Positions 29,474 to 39,369 of a DNA stretch of 64,000 nucleotides are shown here, in pieces (within the stretch, counting starts at the first letter, position 1; each line of letters begins with the position of its first letter). This stretch comes from Thermoplasmatales archaeon SW_10_69_26. GTDB lineage: Archaea > Thermoplasmatota > SW-10-69-26. Location of the stretch: positions 1 through 64,000 of the forward strand of contig PXUB01000036.1 in the NCBI GenBank assembly GCA_003009755.1. Direction: 5' to 3'. Below the pieces are notes generated by a model, which saw only the letters and a program-made list of their open reading frames with translations, was not told the DNA's origin and ran no database searches. Made by a program: the position numbers and the translations under genes.

Positions 29474-29638
29474 GAGCGGATCGTTCGCCTCGTCCGGCGT
29501 CCCCCTGGAGACGACCCTTGAATGCTGGGCCCTTGCACCTCACGGCCTTCGCCCATCCTGCTCCGGGCGTTGGCGCGGGCGGGGAGGGGACAGCAAGCAC
29601 GCAGGGGAGACGCAGGAGGGCAGACGGACGCAGGCCCC

Positions 29639-30076
29639 TTATTCGGCCTCGTCGAGGGCCTCGTTGGCGAGGCCGTCGACGTGCTCGATGCGCTCGTCCT
29701 CGCGTCCCACGTGGGTGTGCTGGAGGCCCTGGAACCGTCGGGCGGCCTCCTCGACGAGCTGGACGAGCGGTTCGAGGTTGGCGGCGTTGATGCTGTACAG
29801 GCCCTCGAGCTGCTTGACGAGCAGCTCGCTGTCGGAGACGTGGTGCACGATGCCGCCGGTGTGCAGCGCGGCGGCCTCGAGCCCGGCGATGAGGGCCCGG
29901 TACTCGGCCTCGTTGTTCGTGGCCTTGCCGATCGTCTCGGCGTGCTCCTCCACGATGCCCTCGCCGTTCCGGTAGATCGCGTACGCGACGCTGGCCGGGC
30001 CCGGGTTGCCGCGGGAGGCTCCGTCCGTGGCGAGGGTGACGTCGGGACTCACGATGACCGCCTGCCCCTGCACCAT
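29639..30076 (-). CDS. rnhA: Ribonuclease HI family protein
   Basis: TDGASRGNPGP, TNNEAEYRALIAGL, SDSELLVKQ, DGLANEALD. Confidence 0.9.
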   Translation of the reverse strand: MVQGQAVIVSPDVTLATDGASRGNPGPASVAYAIYRNGEGIVEEHAETIGKATNNEAEYRALIAGLEAAALHTGGIVHHVSDSELLVKQLEGLYSINAANLEPLVQLVEEAARRFQGLQHTHVGREDERIEHVDGLANEALDEAE

Positions 30077-30175
30077 GCACCCCTCGAAAGAGCGTTTCGC
30101 ATCCCCGCCGGTCGCGGGCGGCGACCACGCCGGTTCCGGACAACCCTCATGAGATCGCCGGCCGACGCCTTCCCG

Positions 30176-31192
30176 ATGACCGACCTGGGCGAGGTCTCCG
30201 AGGGCGACATCGTCGACGCTCCCCTGGCCGTGCGCCGTGTGGACGCCCCCACGGCTTACGATGGCGGGCACCTGGTGCGCCTGGAGCTGGGCAACGCCAC
30301 CGGCGTCCTGCCGGCCAAGCTGTGGCTGGGCCCCGACGAGGACCGGGCTCGCGAGGTCGCCGCCTCGATCGAGCCGGGCGACGTGCTCGCGGTCGCGGCC
30401 CCGGTGCGCACCTACCGCGACCGGTTGGAGCTGAACCTCGAGGCCGTGCCGGCGGAGGCCGAGGACTGGGAGCCGGGCGAGCTTTTGCCCTCGACCGACG
30501 CCCACGTCGGCCGGCGGCTGCACCGCTGCTTGCGCGCGGCGCGATCGATCGCCGACGAGCAGGTTCGCCGCGTCGTGTTGCACGTCTGGACCGACGAAGC
30601 CACCCGGGCCGCGATCGCCCGGGCGCCGGCGACCAAGCGCCGCCACCGGGCCCACCTGGGCGGATGGATCGAGCACGTGCACGCCGAGCTGGCGCTGGCC
30701 GAGACGCTGGCCGATCTGCATCCCGAGCTCGACCGCGATCTGCTCGTGGCGGGCGTCCTGTTGCACGATCTCGGCCGCCTGGACGCCTACGAGGCCGAGA
30801 CGACGATCGATCTCACCCGCGAGGGGCGGCTGCTGGGCACGGCCGCCTTGGCCGACGAGCGCCTGCAACGCGCGCTGACGGTGTGCGCCATCGACCGCGA
30901 CCGGGCGCTGCACCTCCGACACGTGGCGCTGGCGCACGCCGGGCGCGCCGACTGGGGCGCCGCCGTCGAACCCGCCACCCCGGAGGCGATCGCCGTCCAC
31001 GCCATCGAGCGGCTGGACACGCGGCTGGCGCGGGCGGTCGAGGTGGTCCAGCGACGCCGCGAGCGAGGGAAGACCAGCGGGTACAGCTCGGAGCTGGGAC
31101 GGTTCCTCGAGCTGGCGGACCCGCTCGATGACGGGGCCACGGAGCGCTCGGCCGCGGCGGACGTCGAGGCTTCATCCTCGGCACCCGCCTGA
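30176..31192 (+). CDS. YhaM/Cbf1-like OB-fold plus HD-domain 3'-5' exoribonuclease
   Basis: TG..PAKLW OB fold; APA...HRAHLGGWIEH, LLHDLGR, PATPEA. Confidence 0.8.
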   Translation: MTDLGEVSEGDIVDAPLAVRRVDAPTAYDGGHLVRLELGNATGVLPAKLWLGPDEDRAREVAASIEPGDVLAVAAPVRTYRDRLELNLEAVPAEAEDWEPGELLPSTDAHVGRRLHRCLRAARSIADEQVRRVVLHVWTDEATRAAIARAPATKRRHRAHLGGWIEHVHAELALAETLADLHPELDRDLLVAGVLLHDLGRLDAYEAETTIDLTREGRLLGTAALADERLQRALTVCAIDRDRALHLRHVALAHAGRADWGAAVEPATPEAIAVHAIERLDTRLARAVEVVQRRRERGKTSGYSSELGRFLELADPLDDGATERSAAADVEASSSAPA

Positions 31193-31209
31193 GATGGGCC
31201 CGGCCGTAC

Positions 31210-32112
31210 TTGAACCTGGAGCTGTTTCCCGGGCTCGTGGCATCCAGTCCCCCGGAGAAGCTGCCCGCGGCCATGTGGCCCAAGCCGCGGGACGCCAGCA
31301 TCACCGTGGACCTGACCGTCGATGCCGAACCGCTGGCGGCCGTCGTCGAGGCGGTCCGCGAGGCCGGGTACCGCGTGACGCCGACGGCGATCGTGGTGCG
31401 CGCCATCGGGGACGTGCTCGACGAGTTCCCGGACCTCAACGTGGACCTGCGCGGCGGCAAGCTTCGGCAGCGGAACGCGATCGACACCTGGGTGACGATG
31501 ACCGACGCCGAGGGCCGGTTGACCGGTCGCCGGGTCGACGAGCTGCACGAGCGCGATCTGTTGGACGTCCAGGAGGAGATCACCCAGCACGGGGAGGCCC
31601 ACCGCTCGGGGGACAAGACCTCCTCGAAGGCGATCCACACCATCGTCCAGTACACGCCGTTGGTGGTCTTGCGAGCCGCCGTCCGGGTGCTGGAGTTCCT
31701 CATCCACACGCTGCGGCTGCCGCTGGGCGCCTTCGGGGTCGACCGGGAGGGCACCGGCGCCGTGCACGTGACCAACGTCGGCCCGTTCGGGTTCCGCCAC
31801 GCGGCGGCGCCGATCCCGCCGATCACAGCCAACGCCTACCTCGTGACCGTGGGCGAGATCCACGAAGCCCCGGTCGTCCACGAGGGCGAGATCGAGGCTC
31901 GACGCGTGCTACCGATCACGGGCACGATCGACCATCGCGCCGTCGTCGGTCTCAACGCCGGTCCGTGGGCCGCCTACTTCGAGCAGCAGCTCACCGACCC
32001 CGAGGCCTTGGTCGGGTACCTGCCAGGCGAGGTGGCCGCCGAGATCGATCTCGGGGACCTGCCGGAGGCGGGGGAGGCCAAGGCCAACCTCTCGCCGCAG
32101 TTCTCGCTGTAA
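31210..32112 (+). CDS. 2-oxoacid dehydrogenase E2 catalytic-domain-like acyltransferase
   Basis: FPDLN, VTNVGPFG, TIDHRAVVG; no lipoyl domain. Confidence 0.75.
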   Translation: MNLELFPGLVASSPPEKLPAAMWPKPRDASITVDLTVDAEPLAAVVEAVREAGYRVTPTAIVVRAIGDVLDEFPDLNVDLRGGKLRQRNAIDTWVTMTDAEGRLTGRRVDELHERDLLDVQEEITQHGEAHRSGDKTSSKAIHTIVQYTPLVVLRAAVRVLEFLIHTLRLPLGAFGVDREGTGAVHVTNVGPFGFRHAAAPIPPITANAYLVTVGEIHEAPVVHEGEIEARRVLPITGTIDHRAVVGLNAGPWAAYFEQQLTDPEALVGYLPGEVAAEIDLGDLPEAGEAKANLSPQFSL

Positions 32113-32348
32113 CGGGCAGGCAGAGGAGTGCTTGCCCTCGAACCAACCGGCTACCCGCTAGCGCCCGTCCTGCGTTGGGGGATGTTCATGCGATCGGTCC
32201 GCCTTCCCCCGGTAGTGACGGGGCCACCCGATGGGCTTCGGATGACCGTGACATCGTCTACAACAACGTATGGGAGTGCAGGGGAGGAGGACCCCACTAG
32301 GGGGCCTCGCTCCCTTGTGTCTTGCCTTCTCTTCGATCGAGGGGTCGC

Positions 32349-32726
32349 ATGAACCGACTTCTCGTCGCGGTGATCCTCGCGGCTTCGCTCGCGGGTTGCC
32401 TGTTCCACGATCGCTCTGGGTTGGCTGTCGAACTCGTCAACGACACGCCGGACCCCCATCAACTCAGGGTCGTCGTCGAGAGGGGCGAGGAGGGAACGGA
32501 GACGTACAACGAGACGCACGATCTGGCGGCGGCCCCAGCCGACGGATCGGAGGGGGTCAAGCTGGGTGAACTGGTGGACGCGGACGGCGAGTACCGATTC
32601 AGGGGTGAGCTGGCGAACGGCTCCCGGGTCTCGGAGACGTTGGCCTACTCGGACGATCGGGGACCCGACATCGTCCAGTTCGTCGTCCGCCAGGACGGGC
32701 TGGCGATCGACATCTTGATCGTGTGA
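32349..32726 (+). CDS. Hypothetical lipoprotein
   Basis: MNRLLVAVILAASLAGC lipobox. Confidence 0.7.
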   Translation: MNRLLVAVILAASLAGCLFHDRSGLAVELVNDTPDPHQLRVVVERGEEGTETYNETHDLAAAPADGSEGVKLGELVDADGEYRFRGELANGSRVSETLAYSDDRGPDIVQFVVRQDGLAIDILIV

Positions 32727-32746
32727 TGGCAGTGCCGCCCTCGGGG

Positions 32747-34171
32747 TCACTTCGGCAGGAACCCGAGCACGTTCGCCTCGGGATCGGGCGAGCGGAAGCG
32801 CTTGGGCACGTAGCAGGGCAGCTCGGTGCCGAAGCGGCGGGCGCAGCCGATCGCCTCGCCCTCGCAGGTGACGATGCTCCACTCGCGGCCCGCCCCGGAG
32901 CCCAGCTCGATCGTCTCGCCGGCCAGCCACCGGCGGCCCTCCGTGGGGGTGAGCTCGATGCGACGGTCGGCGGCTTCGCCGACGAGCGTGGCGGCGGCGA
33001 AGCTCAGCCGGTGCCCGCGCGTCTCCGGGCGGCCGAGGTAGGTGCCCACGCGGTCGGTGCCCAGCTCGAGCAGCTCGGGCAGGGCGGGCGCCGTCGAGGC
33101 GTAGACCTTGCTGGCGGTGGACAGAGCCTGGGCTTCGTCGAGCACGGTGCCCTGCAGCCCGAAGGCGGCGGTGGTCTCCTCGATCGGGCCTTGGCCGTCG
33201 AGCTCGATGTCGAGCCCGCCGCTTTGCGGGGGGCGGGCCTCCTCGAAGGGGGCCGGGCCTTGCTTGGTGAAGGCGGCGACGAAGAAGCTCTCGGTGCTCT
33301 CCTCGCCGGCCCACAACCGCCGGGCCGCCTGCACGTCGCCGTCGTAGGTGTCGGAGCCGGCCTCGGTCATGGCGGGTTCGCCGACGTCGACGTCGAGGGC
33401 CTCGATCTCGACGGGATACTCGCGGAGGAACCACTCGACGATCTCCTCGTTCTCGCGGGGCTCGATCGTGCACGTGGAGTACACGATGCGGCCCCCTTCC
33501 CGGGTGGCGTGGAAGGCCGAGGCCATCATGGCGCGCTGGGCGCCGGCCAGGCGCTTGATGCTCTCGGGATCGTAGCTTTCGACCGGTTCCCAGTCGGCGT
33601 GTATGCCGCCGAGGTTCGAGCAGGGCGCGTCGACGAGCACGCGGTCGAACGTCGTCGGCCACTGCAGGCGGCAGGCGTCGAACTGGGTGGCGACGGCCGT
33701 CAGGGCGCCGGTCTGGTCGAGGTTGGAGATGAGGTTGTTGACCCGGCCGGGCGCGCGGTCGTTGGCGACGACGAGGCCCTCTTGGTCGAGGCGTTCGGCG
33801 ATGTGCGTCGTCTTCGAGCCGGGAGCCGCGCACAGGTCCAGGACGCGGTCGCCGGATTGGGGGTCCAGCGCTTGGACGGGCAGCGTGGAGGCGGGGCCCT
33901 GGATGAAGAACTGGCCCGAGCGGTGCTCCCAAAGGCTGCCGATCGGTCGCTGGTCGGGGTCGCGGGTGAAATGCGAGGACTCGGCCCAGTCGATGGGCTC
34001 GGTCTCGATGCCGAGGGCGTGCAGGCGGTCGAGCACCTCGTCCTCGGTCGTCTTCAGCGGGTTGACGCGGATCGCCCGGCGCGCGTCCGCCCCCAGCAGC
34101 TCGTCGAGGCGCTCGCGGGAGCCGAGGACGTCGACCATGCGCTTCTCGAAGTCGGCCGGCAGGCTGTCCAC
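32747..34171 (-). CDS. RsmB/NOP2 (RsmF-like) m5C RNA methyltransferase
   Basis: RVNPLK, DLCAAPGSKT, LVDAPCS, YSTCT...ENE, C-terminal PUA-like domain. Confidence 0.92.
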   Translation of the reverse strand: MDSLPADFEKRMVDVLGSRERLDELLGADARRAIRVNPLKTTEDEVLDRLHALGIETEPIDWAESSHFTRDPDQRPIGSLWEHRSGQFFIQGPASTLPVQALDPQSGDRVLDLCAAPGSKTTHIAERLDQEGLVVANDRAPGRVNNLISNLDQTGALTAVATQFDACRLQWPTTFDRVLVDAPCSNLGGIHADWEPVESYDPESIKRLAGAQRAMMASAFHATREGGRIVYSTCTIEPRENEEIVEWFLREYPVEIEALDVDVGEPAMTEAGSDTYDGDVQAARRLWAGEESTESFFVAAFTKQGPAPFEEARPPQSGGLDIELDGQGPIEETTAAFGLQGTVLDEAQALSTASKVYASTAPALPELLELGTDRVGTYLGRPETRGHRLSFAAATLVGEAADRRIELTPTEGRRWLAGETIELGSGAGREWSIVTCEGEAIGCARRFGTELPCYVPKRFRSPDPEANVLGFLPK

Positions 34172-34273
34172 GCGCAGTCAACGGCGGGGAGGCTAAAAGG
34201 CTGACCTGGGCAGGCAGATAAGAAGGAGGAGGAGAAGGGGCCCCGCGGCCGGGGGCCTGGGTGGGTGTGCCGG

Positions 34274-35644
34274 TCAGGGCCCAGCAGGCGGCACCGCGAC
34301 GGGCGGCACGGCGGCGTGCGGGGCCGGCGATTCGTGCACCGGCTCGTTGGCCGTGCAGTCGCTGTCGAGGCAGAAGGGCGCGAAGGCGACCGGGCCCTCG
34401 ATGGCGTCGCCGGTCACGTCGCTGGTCGCCTCGAGCAGGGTCGGGCCGGCGGGGGAGCCCCACCAGTTGTGGGCCGCATCGATCGCGTCGTCGTCCGTGT
34501 TGAGGACGCCGAGCTCGTTGCCGTCGAACTCGTTGAAGTGCGCGTCGACGTTGGGCGCGCTCTGGCGGACCCACAGCGCGGGCGCGTCGTTGTCGGCGAA
34601 CAGGTTGTCCGTCACGCGGACGTCCTCGGAGTCGGGCGCGTCGACGTAGCTCGTATCCGGGCCGACGAAGACGCCGAGGCTGTCCTGGCCCGTGACGATG
34701 TTGTCCTCGATCGTGAGCCCGTAGGCGGTGCCGGCCAGGTAGACGCCGCCGTCGCCGTCGGCGCCGGCGTCGATCGTGTTCTCGGCAATCTTGACGTTCA
34801 TCAGGGCCGCGTCCAGGTTGAACCCGAGGATGGCGGTCTGGGCGCCTTCGAACTTGTTGTCCACGATCGTCGTGTCGTGCACTCCGTTGGAGAGGTGCAC
34901 GCCGACGCCGCGCGCAGCGTCATCGATCGTCTGGAAGCAATCGGTGACGGTGTTGGAGACGATGTCGGCGCTGGCGGCCTGCCAGACTCGGATGGCGTCC
35001 TGGGCGATCGTGTCGGTCGCGTCGTCGCCGCTGCAGGCGATGTCGTTGCCGGTGATCGTGGCCTGGCTTCCATCGAGGCCCACGGTGACGGCGGACTTCT
35101 GGAAGTCTTGGATCACGTTGTCGGTCACGACGGCCTCGCCGGGCGTGCCCGCGTCGGTCCACATCGGTCCGACGGTCACGCCGACGCCGTGCTGGGCGCC
35201 GCTGATCGGGTCGTCGCGGATGGCGAGGATCGCGTTGTCCTCGACGAGGGCGAAGGCGCCATCCTTGATCTGGATGCCGCTGTCGAGGCCGTCGACGGGA
35301 CCGGTGATGGTGAACCCGGCGATCTTGGCCTCCGTGTCCCCACCCACGACGGTGACGAGGTTCGAGCGGCCGTCCTCGTCGCCTTCGAGGGCTTCGGGTG
35401 CCTCGATCGTGGCGTTGCCGACGAGCGCGATGCTCTTGTCGATCGTGATCTGCTCGGTGTAGGTGCCATCCGAGACGACCACCCGATCGCCGGGATCGGC
35501 GTTGTTGATCCCGGCCTGGATGGTGCCTCGGTCGCAAGAGCCATCCTGGCAGACGGTCACGGTATCGTCGTCGGCCAGGACGGGCCCGGCCAGCATCATG
35601 CTGGTCACAAGGAAGAGTGCGGTGAGTGTTGCTGTGGAACGCAT
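34274..35644 (-). CDS. Secreted right-handed parallel beta-helix protein
   Basis: Signal peptide, TIQAGINNA..GD...V..GTY.E, repeated I..N.I motifs, DAAHNWWG. Confidence 0.82.
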   Translation of the reverse strand: MRSTATLTALFLVTSMMLAGPVLADDDTVTVCQDGSCDRGTIQAGINNADPGDRVVVSDGTYTEQITIDKSIALVGNATIEAPEALEGDEDGRSNLVTVVGGDTEAKIAGFTITGPVDGLDSGIQIKDGAFALVEDNAILAIRDDPISGAQHGVGVTVGPMWTDAGTPGEAVVTDNVIQDFQKSAVTVGLDGSQATITGNDIACSGDDATDTIAQDAIRVWQAASADIVSNTVTDCFQTIDDAARGVGVHLSNGVHDTTIVDNKFEGAQTAILGFNLDAALMNVKIAENTIDAGADGDGGVYLAGTAYGLTIEDNIVTGQDSLGVFVGPDTSYVDAPDSEDVRVTDNLFADNDAPALWVRQSAPNVDAHFNEFDGNELGVLNTDDDAIDAAHNWWGSPAGPTLLEATSDVTGDAIEGPVAFAPFCLDSDCTANEPVHESPAPHAAVPPVAVPPAGP

Positions 35645-35733
35645 GGAGTCAACAGCCTCCATCGGAAATCAACTCGAACGGTCACTTGAACCCACCCTCC
35701 GTGACATCGGTAGGTTTCACCGGGTCGCGGAGG

Positions 35734-36852
35734 CTAAGGTCCGCGGCCGCGCTGTTGGACGCCGCCGACGATCTCCTCGACCGTCTCCGGGGCGAGATCG
35801 AGGCCGGCCAGGGCTTCGACGTTCTCGTCGACGTGGGCGGGCGTGCCCATGCCGACGAGCGCGGTCGTGGCGCCGGGGGCCGAGCGGGCGAACTGCAAGG
35901 CGGCGGCGAGGTCGGTGTCGACGCCGAGCAGCTCGCGGGCTTGCTCGGTGACGCGGCCCAGCAGGCCGCCCTGCATGAGGGAGGCGCTGGTGAGCGCGAT
36001 CAGGTCGTGGGCTTCGATCGCCGCGAAGGCGGGCACGGGTTCGCCCTGGTGGGGCTGGGTCGGGACGGCGGCGGCCTCGAGCAGGTGCATGTTGAACGGC
36101 AGCTGGACGCCGGCCAGCCCGGGTTCCCCGTACCCGGTGTCGGCTTGCGCGTGGGCAGCCTCGGCGGCCTCGACGACGCGGCTCAGCGACAGGTGGCCGT
36201 CCTCGGTGGGCGGCACGCGCAGGCCGTCCCACGTCGCGATGCCGTAGCCCTCGATGGCGCCGTCGGCGCGTTGGCGTTCCAGCTCGGTGAAGGCCGCCTC
36301 GAGCCGGTCGTAGACGACCTCCTCGGCCACGCCCTGGTCGAGCTGGGTCTCGGGGTTGTGCACCATGTACAGGTCCACGGTATCGAGGCCGAGGTTGTCG
36401 AGGCTCGTCTCGAGCTCGTGGCGCAGGTAGGCGGGGCTCACGCAGTGCATGTCGCGCACGACCTCGTCCTCGTCGACGAGGCCCTCGTCCAGGCGGGCCT
36501 GGAGGTACTCCCGGGTGTTCTGGTCGGCGTCGATGTCGCCGTGGATGAAGCCGCCCTTGGTGACGACGAACACGCCCTCGCGGTCGACCTCGGCCAGCGC
36601 CTGGCCCAGGTCGCGCTCGCTGGCTTGGTGGCGGTAGTTGATGGCGGTATCGAGCAGCGTGACGCCGTGGTCGAGCGCCCGGCGAGCCGAGGTCACGTAG
36701 TCCTCGCGGGCCTGGTCGTCGGTGTCGCCCAGGTAGCTGCCCATCCCGATCGTGGACAGGGTGAGCCCGTCGACCTCGCGGTAGAAGCCCTCGCCGAGCG
36801 TGTCCGGCTGGGCGCGCGAGCGCGTCCCCTCCGGCGTGGCGTGCCCGTCCAT
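35734..36852 (-). CDS. Aldo/keto reductase
   Basis: IGMGSYLG, LDTAINYR, TKGG, DLYMVHNPE, QLPFN. Confidence 0.9.
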   Translation of the reverse strand: MDGHATPEGTRSRAQPDTLGEGFYREVDGLTLSTIGMGSYLGDTDDQAREDYVTSARRALDHGVTLLDTAINYRHQASERDLGQALAEVDREGVFVVTKGGFIHGDIDADQNTREYLQARLDEGLVDEDEVVRDMHCVSPAYLRHELETSLDNLGLDTVDLYMVHNPETQLDQGVAEEVVYDRLEAAFTELERQRADGAIEGYGIATWDGLRVPPTEDGHLSLSRVVEAAEAAHAQADTGYGEPGLAGVQLPFNMHLLEAAAVPTQPHQGEPVPAFAAIEAHDLIALTSASLMQGGLLGRVTEQARELLGVDTDLAAALQFARSAPGATTALVGMGTPAHVDENVEALAGLDLAPETVEEIVGGVQQRGRGP

Positions 36853-36923
36853 CGACGACGTCAGCGGCGCCTGGAACAAAGGCGTTTGGCGCGGACGGCG
36901 GCACGGTCGTGGTCGGCACACCT

Positions 36924-37205
36924 CACACAGAGGCACGGAGGCACAGAGCCACATAGGGAAGGACGGCTTCCCTGAACCGGGGAGAGCGGTACCGGATAGG
37001 GTGGGTCTTGGGATCAGCGGGAAGACACCAGCCGGTGCGGACGGACAGCGAGACCTCTCTTCCCTAGAGCCGGAGCGCTCGACCCCCGAACCGCAAGGGC
37101 CGCCCCTTCGAACCCCTCGAGAGGTTTCTCTGCCTTGACGATCCACCCTCCGCCGGTCTTCCTTGGATCTCTGTGTCTCCGTGCCTCTGTGTCTCTGTGT
37201 GGTCC
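36924..37205. repeat. Gene-less pair of inverted CACAGAGN arrays
   Basis: Left arm CACACAGAGGCACGGAGGCACAGAGCCACATAG (36924-36956); right arm TCTCTGTGTCTCCGTGCCTCTGTGTCTCTGTGTGGTCC (37168-37205). Confidence 0.85.
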
Positions 37206-37287
37206 GTACCCACCGCACCCGAGCCAACCCCGAGGATGGACCTCAACGCTGAAACGCTGCAGGCGGCTTTCGCGGGCGGGATCGGGC

Positions 37288-38121
37288 ATGTCCTACGTCG
37301 ACGTCGGCACCCACCGCTTGTGGGTCACGGAGAAGGGACGCGGGTCGCCGGTCGTGCTCCTCCACCCGCTGTTCCTCGATTCGCGGGTGTTCGAGCGGGT
37401 GGCCGGCGACCTGGTCGAGGAGCACCGGGTGCTGGCCGTGGACGTGCGCGACCACGGGCGCTCGCAGGGGCCTCCGCGGTCGTGGACGCTGAGGGAGGCC
37501 GCCGGCGAGGTCGAGCAGGCGGTCCGCGAGCTCGAGGGCCGACCGGCGCACGTCGTGGGCCTCTCGATGGGCGGCATGATCGGGCTGCGGTGGGCGCTGG
37601 CGCACCCGGACAGCGTGCGCTCGCTGGCGTTGCTGTCGACGAGCGCCGACGAGGAGCCCCACGCCTGGCTGCACCAGGCGATGGCGGAGATGGTGCGCGT
37701 CGGCGGGTGGCCGGCGACCCAGCTCTTGTTGCCCTACGCGACCCGGCGCATGTTCTCCGAGGCGACCCAAGACAGCGCCGAGGCCGACGTCTGGCGCCAG
37801 CGCATCGCCGCGATGGACCCGGGCGCGCTGCATCGAGCGGGCCAGGCGGTGTTCGGTCGCGACGCGATCGTGGACCGGGTCGGGTCGATCCAGGCGCCGG
37901 CGTTGGTCGGGGTCGCCGAGCAGGACGAGGCCGTGCCGCCCGATCACGGGCGCCGGCTGGCCGAGGCGTTGCCGGAGGCCGAGCTCGCCGAGCTGCCGGC
38001 CCGGGGCCACCTGTTACCCGTGGAGGCCCCGCAGGCGCTGTCCGAGGCGCTGGTGCACTTCCTGCGTCGGGCCGAGGCGCGGACGACGGCGGGCGGGGCA
38101 GCCGGCGAAGGGTCAGGTTGA
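37288..38121 (+). CDS. Alpha/beta fold hydrolase (PcaD-like)
   Basis: DVRDHGRS, GLSMGG, QDEAVP, GHLLPVE. Confidence 0.9.
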   Translation: MSYVDVGTHRLWVTEKGRGSPVVLLHPLFLDSRVFERVAGDLVEEHRVLAVDVRDHGRSQGPPRSWTLREAAGEVEQAVRELEGRPAHVVGLSMGGMIGLRWALAHPDSVRSLALLSTSADEEPHAWLHQAMAEMVRVGGWPATQLLLPYATRRMFSEATQDSAEADVWRQRIAAMDPGALHRAGQAVFGRDAIVDRVGSIQAPALVGVAEQDEAVPPDHGRRLAEALPEAELAELPARGHLLPVEAPQALSEALVHFLRRAEARTTAGGAAGEGSG

Positions 38122-38148
38122 CAACCTCGGTCCCGGTTGGTCGCTCAC

Positions 38149-39369
38149 ATGGTCGACTTCCAGCTCGACGCGGAGACCCGCGAGATCCTGGAGGCCTACC
38201 GCGGGTTCGTCGAGGAGGTCGTCCTCCCCCGCGAGGAGGAGGCCAACTTCGAGGACTCGGACGCGGTGCCGGAGGACCTGTTGGCCGAGGTGCGCCAACA
38301 GGCCCGCAAGCGGGGGCTTTGGGCGCCACACATGCCCCAGGCGTGGGGTGGTCGAGGCCTCGACGCCCTCGCCCTCGCCCACGTGCACGAGGAGCTGGCG
38401 CGGTCGCCGATCGGCCCCCTGGCCGTGAACGCGATGGCACCCGACGAAGGCAACATGCACGCCCTGCTGCACTTCGGCACCGACGAGCAGCAGGACCGCT
38501 ACCTGCAGCCGCTCGTCGACGCCGAGATCCGCTCCTGCTTCGCGATGACCGAGCCCGAGGCCGGGGCCGACCCCTACCAGATGCAGACCCGCGCCGAGAG
38601 GGACGGCGACGAGTGGGTGATCAACGGCGACAAGTGGTTCGTGACCGGCGCGGACGGTGCCGACGTCGCCGTCGTCGTCGCCGTGACCGATCCGGACGTC
38701 CACCCGAAGGAGGGGACGACGCTGTTCCTCGCCGACACCGACCGGCCGGGCTTCCAGGTCGACCGCGACGTGCCCGCGATGGGGGCCTGGTCGCCCGGCG
38801 GGCACTGCGAGCTCACGCTCGACGACTTGCGGGTCCCCGCGGACGCCGTGCTGGGTCCCGTGGGCCGAGGTTACAGGGTCGCCCAGGACCGGCTGGCGCT
38901 GGGCCGGACCACGCACGCGATGCGATGGATCGGGATGGCCCAACGCGCCCTCGACCAGATGGCCAGCCGCGCGCTCGAGCGGGAGAGCTTCGGCAAGCAG
39001 CTGGCCGAGCACCAGTCGATCCAGTGGATGATCGCCGACAGCGTCAAGGAGCTTTACATGTCCCGCAACATGGTGCTGCGGACCGCCGCCGAGATCGAAG
39101 CCGGCGACGATCCCTCGCACGAGGTGTCCGTCTTGAAGGTGTTCGCCGCCAACGCCGCCCAGGAGATCATCGATCGCGCGATCCAGGTGCACGGAGCGCT
39201 CGGGTACAGCAAGGACCTGATGCTCGAGCGGTTCTTCCGAGATGCTCGTGCCGGCCGCATCTACGACGGCCCGGACGAGGTGCACCAGTGGTCGATCGCC
39301 AAGAACGCGCTCGACGCCGTCGAAGACGAGGGCACCACGCGCTCGGTGACCGGGGGGTGGACGCGGTGA
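38149..39369 (+). CDS. Acyl-CoA dehydrogenase
   Basis: APDEGNM, SCFAMTEP, INGDKWF.TGA, QDRL..GR, AIQVHG, RIYDGPDEVH. Confidence 0.93.
   Translation: MVDFQLDAETREILEAYRGFVEEVVLPREEEANFEDSDAVPEDLLAEVRQQARKRGLWAPHMPQAWGGRGLDALALAHVHEELARSPIGPLAVNAMAPDEGNMHALLHFGTDEQQDRYLQPLVDAEIRSCFAMTEPEAGADPYQMQTRAERDGDEWVINGDKWFVTGADGADVAVVVAVTDPDVHPKEGTTLFLADTDRPGFQVDRDVPAMGAWSPGGHCELTLDDLRVPADAVLGPVGRGYRVAQDRLALGRTTHAMRWIGMAQRALDQMASRALERESFGKQLAEHQSIQWMIADSVKELYMSRNMVLRTAAEIEAGDDPSHEVSVLKVFAANAAQEIIDRAIQVHGALGYSKDLMLERFFRDARAGRIYDGPDEVHQWSIAKNALDAVEDEGTTRSVTGGWTR

Noticed and set aside
36924-37205. CACAGAG arrays as a CRISPR array
   Set aside because: These are 8-bp tandem units in inverted arms with no unique spacers of regular length and no cas genes.
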